This document shows positions 25,714 through 37,503 of a stretch of DNA of 64,000 bases, one piece after another. Position numbers and translations under genes: made by a program. A model generated the notes under the pieces. It saw nothing but the letters and a program-made list of their open reading frames with translations, was not told where the DNA came from and made no database searches. The stretch comes from Octopus sinensis (Eukaryota): positions 65,906,001 to 65,970,000 of the forward strand of contig NC_042999.1 in assembly GCF_006345805.1 (NCBI RefSeq), in the 5' to 3' direction. Positions within the stretch are counted from its first letter, which is position 1. The number at the start of each line of letters is the position of its first letter.

Positions 25714-25938
25714 CAGGTGGTGGAAAAATTAGGTATACAGTAAGCATCTCATTAATGTTATAATACCTAATTCGTTAAAATTATTAGCACAGTAAATTAG
25801 TTACCCTCATTTTTGATATTTTTGTTGTCAGTACTCATAATAAAACTTCTATCGTAACTAATTCTTTTGGTAAAAAGTAATGAGTATTGTACGTGTTTTC
25901 TTTTTCCATAATTGTATACCTACTTTTACATCACCCTG
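25714..25938. mobile_element. Tc1/mariner-type MITE
   Basis: Imperfect TIRs of about 28 bp (caggtggtggaaaaattaggtatacagt versus the reverse complement cagggtgatgtaaaaagtaggtatacaat), flanked by TA. Confidence 0.85.
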
Positions 25939-27659
25939 TATATATATATATCCACATATATAATGCGTAGTTGCATATGTATACATTTCTATATTTCGAT
26001 AACATCACAAAATTTATAGTCATTTTTCCTAAGCATATAATTTATTTTATTTACGGCGTACATACGTGCCTGGGAATAGTTATTTCTGATGAAAAACAAT
26101 TGACGTATCTATGATAGTAACACGTGGAAAATTATGTGACAATGCAATTTCTTCGTGACAAAAAATAATCCATTTCCTCTTATAATCTCTTTCCTATTTT
26201 CCTATTATTATAATGATTAATATTTCATATTTTCATACAAATAACATCAAGGGAACTTTATACAATAGCAAAAATTGTATACTTTATTATCCTATTAATG
26301 CTACATTTTATTACATTAATAATGGTATGTTTTGTTATTCTACTAATGGTACATTTTAATATATTGCTTCGGAGATGAAGAGTTCGTGTAATCACGTTTT
26401 GACTAGGTTACTATTATAGAGTTATTTATACCTGAGAATGAAAAGCATTTTTGATATATAATCTACTCACATTATTTAGTGTATGTTTGTTTATGTGTCG
26501 AACAGAAAATATAAAACAACAGATGAAGGGAAGACCAGTTATTGATGCGGTAAATCTATTACATAATTTAAATTAATTCTTCTTAATAATAGAATACTGC
26601 AGACAGCACAAGAATGTATTTCCTTTTAATGCTTACATTTCACACAAAATTTTGAGAGAATTCCTTAATAGAAAACAAATTCCAACACTCTGGCAAATAT
26701 TCTAATTTACACTAATTATCACACACATATGCTTTCACTCTGTCTTCAGCAACTAAACTAAAACACTTTGTATTACCATAGTGAAACCATCCTTCACATT
26801 TCTCTTCGCAGTAATCTCTAGTATCTGACCAATAAAATCTTCCTTCATCAAAAGAGAATGGTCTGTTGAGTACTCCAGCCCTAAGAAACCATTTTGGAAG
26901 ATAGTTGTGTAATCATTTCAAATGTGTGATAATCGCATTTCACATAGTTTTTAATGTGAGTATACTCGATCCTGTATTGCTCTGGATCTAGATGTCAACA
27001 ACGACAACATCTTTATTAAAGACATAGATGAAATCCTATTTCTTTGCTCAGCGTTGTAACTTTCTTTCTATTTATTTCTTTGTATTTCTTAGAAAGAACA
27101 ATATGAACGTGTAAAAGCTGACCATCAAGCCAATCAAACTCTGAAGTCTATGAAATATTTGATTGCGAGGTGAGAATAAAAGCACTTCACTTCTCTTGGA
27201 ACTAAATTTAAATCCTACATTACTGTCAGTTGACTATAGGTCGCCACTTAAGCGAATAAATATTACACGTAGGAGATAGTAGCTATTACTTCATATGATT
27301 GATTTTCAAAAGTGACAATTGTAATGTATGACGAATAATGTAACTTTATGATAAGTTCACAGTAAACTGTGTCTCTTCAATGTTTTCAGGTTTGTCTGAA
27401 TTAATTTTCCTTCACTCGTGCCACTAACGGTTCTTGGAAAGATCTGTATCTTAAAGCATCAAGATTCTGTTTCTTGTAGATAGAATTCTGTCATGATCGA
27501 ATTTCCTTAACTTGCAAACGTTTAAACATTATAAAAGGTAATCCCGCGCTTTGCCTGTATGTAAATCTGATTTTGTGAAATTGGTCGCAAAAAAAGCGCA
27601 AAAGATGATAAAAGCATGGGTGGTAAATATGGATGAATCAAGAGGGTTTAAATTGCATG

Positions 27660-27872
27660 TGGTAGTGCTGAAAAGTTCCTTGTTGTAAAGGTATCAGGAC
27701 AGACCTTGTTGGATGACCAGCCTTCCGGGTTGCTTTACTGGGTTTAGAAAAATTGAAGGACCACTGGAATAAGTGCATGAATCTGAGAGGGGAATATATT
27801 GAATAAAATCGTAATTAACTCATCCTCCTGTATCTTCTATTACCCAAAGCTAGGAAATTTCAGCACTCTCGC
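27660..27872 (+). mobile_element. Internally deleted mariner
   Basis: TIR remnants gtgctgaaaagttcct and aggaaatttcagcac; retains the transposase C-terminus EKLKDHWNKCMNLRGEYIE*. Confidence 0.8.
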
Positions 27873-30800
27873 CTATGCGTTATGCTAAATAATTACATTC
27901 CCGTGGTTCAAAGTCAAATCGTGCTAAACTTTTGGGAGAGCGTGATTTCATTTTATTTGCACTGTAAATAGGAAAGTTCAAACCTATTCCATACTAACCC
28001 ACTGTCCTCGTTTGGGGACAGTTTTATTTGGTTTAGTTACTGCAATAAAGGTTAACTGGATGCAAAATATTGTTTTTTGTATTAATTTAACCATTGTATT
28101 TGGTTTATTTACTGCAATACATGTTAACCGGATACTCCCGTATATTTATTATCCCTATTTATATAACTATCTTCCCAATTGCGGCAGGGTTAACCTGGGT
28201 TAAAATGGGTTAAGTTAGTAACATTTCTAAAACTTTGTTGTTAAGCTCTTATGTCCCTCAGCACCTTCTTTGGTGTTTACACATTTTATTCAAATTTATC
28301 GTTATTTTGTTTCACCAACGGTACGAAAGAGAGCCATTCAATTTATCGATTGCTTTCATAAGTCAATAGCAATTCTGACCACGAACTTTAGGATCTGTAC
28401 ATTAAAACATGTTCAAACTGGAAGCTTAGCCAATATCTTATGAAACCTGACATGACAGAAAATTCATATCATAATAAAATCTGATAAATTGCACAACAAA
28501 CTAATAGATCATTATGATGAATATGTTCTATCATGTTACAGGAAGTTGTTTGACCGGCTTAACAACAACTCGTCAATTTCCGCTAAACTGTGATTATCTG
28601 AGCTGATTATTATGAAGTACCCCCAGCAGTTTCTACATCACATATGTAAACAACGTGTGTAATTAGAAGGAAACCTCATATGGCTTTAAAAAAATCAATG
28701 AAGCATTAGTGTTGTATATACACGTACTCACTCACCCACCCACATTCGTACACGCTCATGAACACCAGCTCACACGCGCATACACACACACATACACACA
28801 CGCACACACACATACACATACACACACATACATATACACACACACACACACACAGTCATGATGTGCAAGACCCATTTTATTTATTTACAAAACATACGAA
28901 TTCCCATTTTCGTTTTTATTATACTTCTTAAGCGCACTGTTTATTGGTATCCCTATATTTATGAAAATATGTGGGCACATGATGCCTAAGTTAGCGGAAT
29001 TGCAATGTGCGTCGTAAACGAATTTTAATGTTCATTTCAGAGATTAGGTCGCTTCAGTAATTTATGTTTACATATTCTCCAATAATTCCAACGCCTCTTG
29101 ATGTTTCTTTTAATAATATTACATTTCTATTCAGTCTCTGAATTGTCTACCATTCGGGAAAACTAAAATCAGACTTCTACCTATTCATCCCTTCAGGCAT
29201 TCATTATTTGTTAGAAATTATCCTAAATTTAATTTAGATGAAGATTTTCATTCTTCACTGGATTAAAACTGGCTGCCGCCCCATGATAAAAACTGGATAT
29301 CAGACCGATTCCATAGACAAGTTATTTTACATGATATTCATGAGAGCTGGTTTTAGAATCCATGTAGTAAAGCACCCTGATAGCAATTGCATCCAGTTTA
29401 CACGAAATTACTTCACAATTTCTTGCAAACAATCGTAAATCTCATTGTGCATTTAATTCTCAGATAAACGAAACTGTGATAGATTTAGCAGTAACCGAAT
29501 GTATAGTAGAATATGAATCGAATTATTCATCAAATGACCATTGATTATAAATCAGATCAAACAATAGTAACAACAAGAACTGCTCAGATATGCAGTTAGT
29601 AATTAGTCTAGAAGCGACAATGTTTGTTCATCGCACCGGAAACAAGCTCTCGAACGGTTTGGGGATATCTAATTGAGAAACATCACAGAAATTATCTTTT
29701 TAACAGTTCTTGAAATTAGGTGGCAATCAACGCTACAAAAGTTGTTCTTTCTCCGTTCGAAATGATGCCAAGATTATATCTAAGGGATACCAAAAGAAAA
29801 AAAAAAGAGAAAAAGAAAAAAATCGCATCTTGTGTAATGAGTTCAAATAAGTATGAAAATATCGTAATTATATCTCTTCATTCAAAATATATCGCCATCG
29901 TTTACAATAATATTTTCCGACTTTGAAATCGGTTTTCTTACTCCTAGGGCAAAACAATATCAAGATCTCAAGTAAAGTGTTCATTTGACCTGAATAAGTA
30001 AGAATCTGATGTTGCTTGAAAGGTTGGGTAACAAGGGTGAGGTAAAACTTCCTAAGAGTCATGAATTTGCAGTTTGTGTTAACTTCGCTGAATGTAGCTT
30101 TGCATTATCAAGTAACGGGATAAAAATTTGCTGTTCACGAGACCTGGGTAATAGCTACTGGTTCTTACGCATGATGTTGGTATAGAGTATCAATTTGTCA
30201 CATGTTGATGTCGGACAATCATTAGAGAGAGGCTGGCTATAATCACCGTAATATTTATGTATGTAACGAGCTAGTTACGAGTTCACAATCAGTGCTGGAC
30301 TATGTTTCAATAGTAGATATTCCTTTGATTGGAACTGCTGTTTCTCTGAGTTTTAGTTGGAGTATTTCAGAACTGAGTGTTTCTTCCTACATAATTTCCA
30401 AGCAGAAATAGGATGACAAAGTGAAAAGATTACGGTTGTCATTTTCAATCCAGCGTGGTTCATGTGCTTCTGTGTACTTATTTTCATTCTCCAGAATTGG
30501 GTGATACTCGAAGCAAAGTTAAAATATATTTATCATAGATCCCAGGTGGGTGGATTGAGCAAAGCACCTCATGGTTTCAAGGCCAGTTTTATAACCTGCC
30601 GTTTATATATGCGTTTAATAAAAAAATTGTTTCTTCAAGGTACTTGAGTACGTTATCTATATTAGGCTATCTCTCAGCATAGCTACAGTCTAGAAGTTGA
30701 AGCCATTAAAATAAGCATAAAATGATAGCAATATTAGGCTATAATAATTCAGATATTCCAATGAATAAAATGAGACTTTTTTTCGATATAATTTCAATTT

Positions 30801-31029
30801 AAAATATTTACAAAAATTCGATGTCACGGTAATAATCCCAGTTCAAAAATATATTCCGAATGAAAATCAATAGAATTTATCAGTATTCGATAAGATCAAA
30901 GGTTTATTGCGATATATTATGTATTCATTAGGAATTTTATTATCATAAAATCATTGCCTAAAAATACATAAACACAACGCACAAACGTACATGTTCTCAT
31001 GCGCGCGCAAACACACATACACACGCACG

Positions 31030-31060
<31 letters not shown>

Positions 31061-31707
31061 TGTTGGCTTCACCAAGGTAAAGTAGGAGCGAAAAGTGGCA
31101 AATACTGCCTTGTCCAAGCCTTAATCCTTTATGAAAGTGTCTAGAAATCATGTCCTCTCACAACTACAAACTTGTGATCATTAGCATATACCAGCGCATA
31201 TCCTTTTATTTTTCAACAGTCACCAGCACATCGTCCACTGTCTAATGTCTCCTTGATTTCCATACATATAATTACAGAGGATCGCCCAATGCCATCATTT
31301 GAAATTTTCCTAAATAATTTATATTCAATTATCTCTCATTAAAATATCTCAATGATAGCAGTAGCAACCTCACACATTTATGACCCAATATATAACGTCA
31401 CGTATTTAATAATCTCTTTCCGCTTCCTTCTTTCAGCTGAAATTCATGATTATGGCATCATCGTTTCGGATGAATATGCTATTCTCTCCCTAACACAGGG
31501 TACAAAAAGGGATCATACACATTTTCTTCCTTAACAATACGTCACCTGTTGCAAAAAGAATCTTACTTTATCCAAAACCCATAAATTCCTATGCGCGAAT
31601 TTCTACGTACCGCTTTCCAAATGTTCTTCGAACCCTCTATTTTGATCACCTCAATATTTGTATATCATAATTACTCGAGATCAACTGGAAACTAACTAAA
31701 CTACGAA

Positions 31708-31742
<35 letters not shown>

Positions 31743-32466
31743 AACGCGCACATACAAACGTGTGCGTGCGTGTGTGTGTGAGTGCGTGCGTGTATATGCA
31801 TGTATATATGGATATATGTATGTGTATGCATGCGTTTATACATTACTATGATTCTACGTATTTGTTGAAAAGTAGATTTTTGAGAGCGTGTGATTGTTTC
31901 GATAATGTAGATATGAATGGCGACGGAGCTGGACGGTGGCTTATACGGGATAACAAAGAGCTCTATTGTGTTTCATAAAACGGTCTCGTTTTTGTAATAG
32001 AACTGAATCAGTTGTCATAGAATTGTATCAACAGTCTGAACTGTATTGAGCAGACACAACGCAGTTCGATTTATTTCATAGGTTGGCAAAAGTTAAACAA
32101 GTCTAAAATATTCAAGTGATTTTCAGCGTTTATGTACGCCTAGTGTCAGTAGTCCCGGAGTAAAATTGAGAGCGAGAAAGTTGGGAAATTTGACATATAA
32201 ATAAGTTTTGTTTATTCATAATACATTTACATCAACATTTCTTATTCTACGTGGTTTGACATACTGATTTTTATACATGAGATGTAGCAAACACATAAGA
32301 CTTCATAATTCTAGTCGTTGTACCTCTTCAGTCATGGAATTCACAAGGCGGCTATCCAATCTCCATGACGTATTTGAGTGATCGAAGCGACTATATTTTC
32401 CTACACCCCTCTGAATGGGACTCGGACATCTTAATGTCCAAAGGCAGAGGTTTTTGAGAGGAGGAG

Positions 32467-32640
32467 ACAAGTCGAGTACATCGGCCCCAACGATTGACTG
32501 TTCCTTTACACCATCGATCCTCGAAGGCATAAAGTGCAAAGTTGACTTCCATGGGATTGGAACTTAGAACGTACAGAACCATAAGAATTACCACTAAGCG
32601 TGTTTCCTGAAGTCTTAATGATTCTGCCTGCTCGCCGCCT
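32467..32640 (-). mobile_element. Old SINE family A copy
   Basis: The plus strand ends ctgcctgctcgccgcct, the reverse complement of the family A head. Confidence 0.7.
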
Positions 32641-33607
32641 AATCCAAGTTTTGTCAGGTCATGCTATGTTTTTATTTAGCCGAATGACTGTCCACCCTAA
32701 ATATTCTCTTACAGGATTCATTACTGCGTTTCTATTAAAATGCCCACAGTCTCTAAGTCAGGCATTCGTTTATATCTAAATTCTTTCAAATCCTGCGGCT
32801 ACAAATATTCCACTTCCTGACACCAGCTTAAAAGAGCCGAGAAAACTAAATTTATCTCGGTTCTTAAATATCTTTTAAGAAAACATTGACAACAGCTAGG
32901 AAAAAAACGTATTGTTGATACTACTTTCATTTCAGAATCATTAGAAATTATCTTTCAGATTTTCTTTATCATTAGTAATGTACAACTAGGGTTTCCTTAT
33001 CTGCATAAACGGTTAACATAGATCCAATATTTTTAACGTTATTTTCATTGCCCAACTGAACAATTTACTCGAAAATTCATACAATACTTGCTCTTGCACT
33101 CTTTAAACTTATGATGAAAATATTTTTAAACAAGATTACACCATGAGACTAATAACACCATTTAGTTTACATTATATACCATATGACTTTTTCAATTCAC
33201 TTTACATATTTCCAAATTTTCGTACCTGTTCAGCGAACAATTTTCTGAGCCCTGTGGGCACTGGGATTCATTTTAAAATATTAAATACATTTTGAAAAGG
33301 TTATCTATTTTACAGTTTATGCACCTATTTCTTCCTCTGTATTTTCTTTACTCAATTCGCTCCTATTCGATTTCTAATCTCCCTTCATTCACTCTTCCTC
33401 TTCAACCAACAGTAACTAATATCATGTATGCGATTCGTATTTTTCTTAAAATAATTCTCTCATTACAATTTGATAATTGGAATGATAAAACATTGGTTCT
33501 CGTAATCCTGAGTGTTTCAACATATATTTATTTCAAAGGGATACTATTCTTATAGTTTGAAGTTCTTGCCCTTTTTGTTTTCCAGCAATACAGCAACCTA
33601 CTAAAAC

Positions 33608-33648
<41 letters not shown>

Positions 33649-34109
33649 TGTTTGTGTGTGTGTGTATACGTATATATATATAAACACACACATATATAAA
33701 TTTTTAGATATATATGCATGCGTGTGTGTATGCAGGTATGTATGTATGTATGTATAGTGTTTATACGTCGGAGAAGCGAAGGGAGTTACCAGTGGATTCA
33801 TTATAAATGGAAAGGAAAATATGGAAATTTACCATAATAGCCCGAAGAATGAACCTAGATATAATGTTGTTTGTTGCAGCGTATTGATAACATATTATTT
33901 GTTTCTTTTGATAAGCTGACCTGGATTAAAATCACATCAGATAACCTATTGATTTCTTTCACACATGGCTGAAACTGGGCCACATGTCAAAGGGTTTTAT
34001 ATTTCGTAGACTACAATTAGTCAGATATCCAGAAATGGTTTATATATATATGCATATACATATATACATACATACATATATATATAAACACGATATGCGA
34101 ATATGCATA

Positions 34110-34155
<46 letters not shown>

Positions 34156-34296
34156 CATTTATGTATACATGTATATGCACAAACACATGTACATATATAT
34201 ACAAACACACTGTATGGTTATCACCGGGCTTGCTTTTGCTTTTATTATTCCTGAAACTTTCGTCCGCTATGTTGTCTGGCATATTCATCAATCAAT

Positions 34297-34530
34297 AAAA
34301 GGTGGCGAGCTGGTAGAATCGTTAGCACGCCGGGCGAAATGCTTAGCGGTATTTCGTCTGCCGCTACGTTCTGAGTTCAAATTCCGCCGAGGTCGACTTT
34401 GCCTTTCATCCTTTCGGTGTCGATAAATAAAGTACCAGTTTGGCACTGGGATCGATGTAATCGACTTAATCCCTTTGTCTGTCCTTATTTGTCCCCTCTA
34501 TGTTTAGCCTCTTGTGGGTAGTAAAGAAAT
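34297..34530 (+). mobile_element. SINE family A, full length
   Basis: Perfect 16-bp TSD atattcatcaatcaat at 34281-34296 and 34531-34546. Confidence 0.95.
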
Positions 34531-34987
34531 ATATTCATCAATCAATCCAAAGCAATGAAAAATAAGGTGATATATGTCATAGAGAATTATTCGCACATTT
34601 TCCGGAAAATTGTAGCCAAAAATATTCATTTCTGGTCGCAAATACTAATTTTTAGCTACGCTCATTCATTTCTGGTTGCCTATTTTATTAAGTTCAACAC
34701 TTAATGAAGACTACGCGGACTAATAAGCAAATCTGACACAGCAAATGCCATTGTCATTTTCTCAGCTATTACACATCTAGTGTTAAATTATTTGATTTTT
34801 CTCTCTATGTTAACTTCTAAGAGCCTTAGTGGTTATTTCTATCAAATTCAATTCAAATTCCATTCCTGGAGGCACTCTTGATGGCCTTAAGTAAAATATA
34901 TTAATCTGGACGCTATCCTTGCGTTATATTGGTAAAACTTTGAATAAACCTTACGTGTAAGATTGTTCTAGGTTGTTAAGGGTTTTT

Positions 34988-35026
<39 letters not shown>

Positions 35027-35028
35027 TA

Positions 35029-35427
35029 ACTCTTTACTCTTTTACTTGTTTCAGTCATTTGACTGCGGCCATGCTGGAGCACCACCTTTAGTTGAGCAAA
35101 CTCGACCCCGGGACTTATTCTTTGTAAGCCCAGTACTTATTCTATCGGTCACTTTTACCAAACCGCTAAGTGACGGGGACATAAACACACCAGCATCGGT
35201 TGTCAAGCATTGCTAGTGGGACAAACACAGACACACACATATATATATATATATACATATATACGACAGACTTCTTTCAGTTTCCGTCTACCAAATCCAC
35301 TCACAAGGCATTGGTCGGCCCGGGGCTATAGCAGAAGACACTTGCCCAGGATGCGACGCAGTGGGACTGAACCCGGAACCATGTGGTTGGTTAGCAAGCT
35401 ACTTACCACACAGCCAATCCTGCGCCT
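35029..35427 (-). mobile_element. SINE family C
   Basis: Co-linear match; the head ends at cctgcgcct (35427). Confidence 0.92.
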
Positions 35428-36599
35428 ATAAATGGAGTTAAACGCTGGTGTTTTTCAAATTCTGATACTTCCGATATATGTTTCGAAAACAGCATTGGTA
35501 TTATTCCAAAGGAATAAAATGGTGAAAAACAATGCAATCTTCTCATCAGAAGATTATAATGTGATGGATGTGTATAATGATGAACGGAACGCTATTAAGT
35601 TTTATTTTTAAAAAACGTTAGAAGATATAATGTCAAAGGTATCCTATAGAAAAAGAAGGCGTAAAGGATAGGAATAAGCAGAAAACTAATAAAGGAGAAA
35701 TATAGAGCGATATGTGAATTCAAAGAAAAGCTTAAAGGCTTGGAATAGGATATATCTAGTGGAAGTGAAATGTAAGAAAATCGATGCTCAAATTATGGAT
35801 AATGGTAGATATCACTTATATGAACTAAAGGTGTATTTCTGTCAATGTCTACATCGATAAGCACGCCCTATAACTGTTTACAAGAGGATTCTTAGAAAAT
35901 AGAATAGAAAATAGTTCACTATTACAGAGTTGGCAGAATTCTTTGCCTTTATCAGATGGAAATGAAATGGAGAGAATCAAGCAATCTAAATTAAATTGTT
36001 TATTACGGTCTTAGATAACAAATTAATTTACTGAGCCCTGTAATGTTGCATTTATTACTATCCCCAAATGTATAGTAACGATTAGAAATTCTTTTAGATA
36101 AGTGAGAAGAAGAACTACCTCTATAAAAAAAGACATCGGCACCTGAAGTAATTTCACACTGGTATATAGAGTTTTTAGTCATAGAATTACTAGACATAAA
36201 CTTAATTCTGTTGGAATTGATTTCAGAGAAAATAACCTTGGTGGCTAGTATTAGCTAAATTCATGTTCTTTCAATTCACATATCGCTCTATATTTCTCCT
36301 TTATTATTTTCTGTTTATTTATTTCCTTTACCCCCTTCTCTTTCTATAGGCTACCTTTGACGTTATATCATCTAACCTTTTTTTAAACACTTAATAGCTT
36401 TCCGTTCAGAATTATACACATCAATCACATGCTGTTAATGTGTCTTATTGATGAGTTTGGTTTGTTTCTTTTTATCCATAAGGATAAGTTTACATTGTTT
36501 TACACCATTTTATTCCATTGGAATACTACCAATGATGTCTTCGAAACATATGTCGGAAGTAAATGAATTTGAATAACACGTGCGTTTAACTCCATTTAT
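35428..36599. mobile_element. Long fold-back element with diverged inverted arms of 300 and 334 bp
   Basis: 35428-35727 matches the reverse complement of 36266-36599, both beginning ataaatggagttaaacgc. Identity is roughly 80-85% by eye, with one indel of about 33 bp. Confidence 0.88.
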
Positions 36600-36802
36600 T
36601 TCTTCATATATATTATACAAAATATTTCACATCAAGCCGGAGTTTCTACCTTTACAAACAGGGTGTTACGTCCTTATTGTGTGATTTTTTGCAGCCCTGG
36701 TAACAGTTTATCTACTTTTTCCGTGTTAATTGTAAAGAAGGGAAAAATATAGATAGACAGACAGATCAATGAATAGATAGATAGATAGATATACATACAT
36801 AT

Positions 36803-36878
<76 letters not shown>

Positions 36879-36882
36879 ACAT

Positions 36883-37503
36883 AAGTTCGGTGTGTGGTAA
36901 AGTGAATTTTTTTACTTTACCATATTTTTATAAATTAATACTTCAAATATACCGTAAATGGTCTTTACATACCGAATACTGCTTGGTCGAATTTATTAAC
37001 TATTAATTAATTCTACCCCTTTTTTGATGACAGTATAATACTTTATCTCCAAGAATTTGAACTGCAGTTTTTACCTCTGTAGAAATGTAATGCTCTATGA
37101 CTCACGTGGGTGGACAGGGAGAATAATAGATCTCATTCGTATTTTTGGATTCGCTAGTACTGGGTGTATGGCATGGTTTGTCCGATGTTACAGATATCGG
37201 ACGGGTATGTTTGATTCTTAGTATTTTCAAATCTAAATCGGAAGAAATCTCTGAGCTGATGAAGGAAAAGTGGCGTTTTACCCACAAATCCAGAAACAGA
37301 CTGTCCTCGGGTATCGTATATGGATGTGATCTTTCATTGTTTTTCCCTTATACCTATGTGAGTTATTTTCTGAGTATGCATTGTCTGGAGACTTTTATTT
37401 GCAGTTGAAGAAATAGCCAAACTTTTGGCTGCTATTTCTGAAAAGTTCGGTGTGTGGTAAAGTGAATTATTTTACTTTACCATATTTTTATAAATTAATA
37501 CTT
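36883..37503 (+). mobile_element. Hammerhead-containing element bounded by 61-bp direct repeats
   Basis: 36883-36943 and 37443-37503 differ at one base; the hammerhead lies at 37251-37310. Confidence 0.75.
37251..37310 (+). ncRNA. Type I hammerhead ribozyme with intact CUGAUGA/GAAA core
   Basis: ctgag-CTGATGA-a-gga-aaa-gtgg-cgttttac-ccac-aaa-tcc-a-GAAA-cag-a-ctg-TC-ctcgg. Stem I is 5 bp, stem II is bipartite, helix III is the quasi-palindrome acagactgt, and the site is GUC with cleavage after C37305. Confidence 0.8.

Noticed and set aside
26085-26135. CTGATGA...GAAA on the plus strand
   Set aside because: No flush stem II, UH site or stem I.
26720-27000. Minus-strand CTGAAGA-cagagt-GAAA-gcatatgt and a possible Penelope fragment
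   Set aside because: Only 6 unpaired nt separate the core halves and stem I is absent; the protein similarity is too weak to call.
27390-27537. Plus-strand exon-like segment (ttttcag ... aag|gtaatc)
   Set aside because: All three frames contain stops.
30495-30545. 51-nt plus-strand exon candidate (NWVILEAKLKYIYHRSQ)
   Set aside because: Splice sites are plausible, but there is no recognisable homology or partner exon, and chance matches are expected.
31060-31300. Possible LINE RT relic on the minus strand (KGLRLGQGSICHFSLLLY)
   Set aside because: Only a loose resemblance to GxxQG...SP, with no YADD motif nearby.
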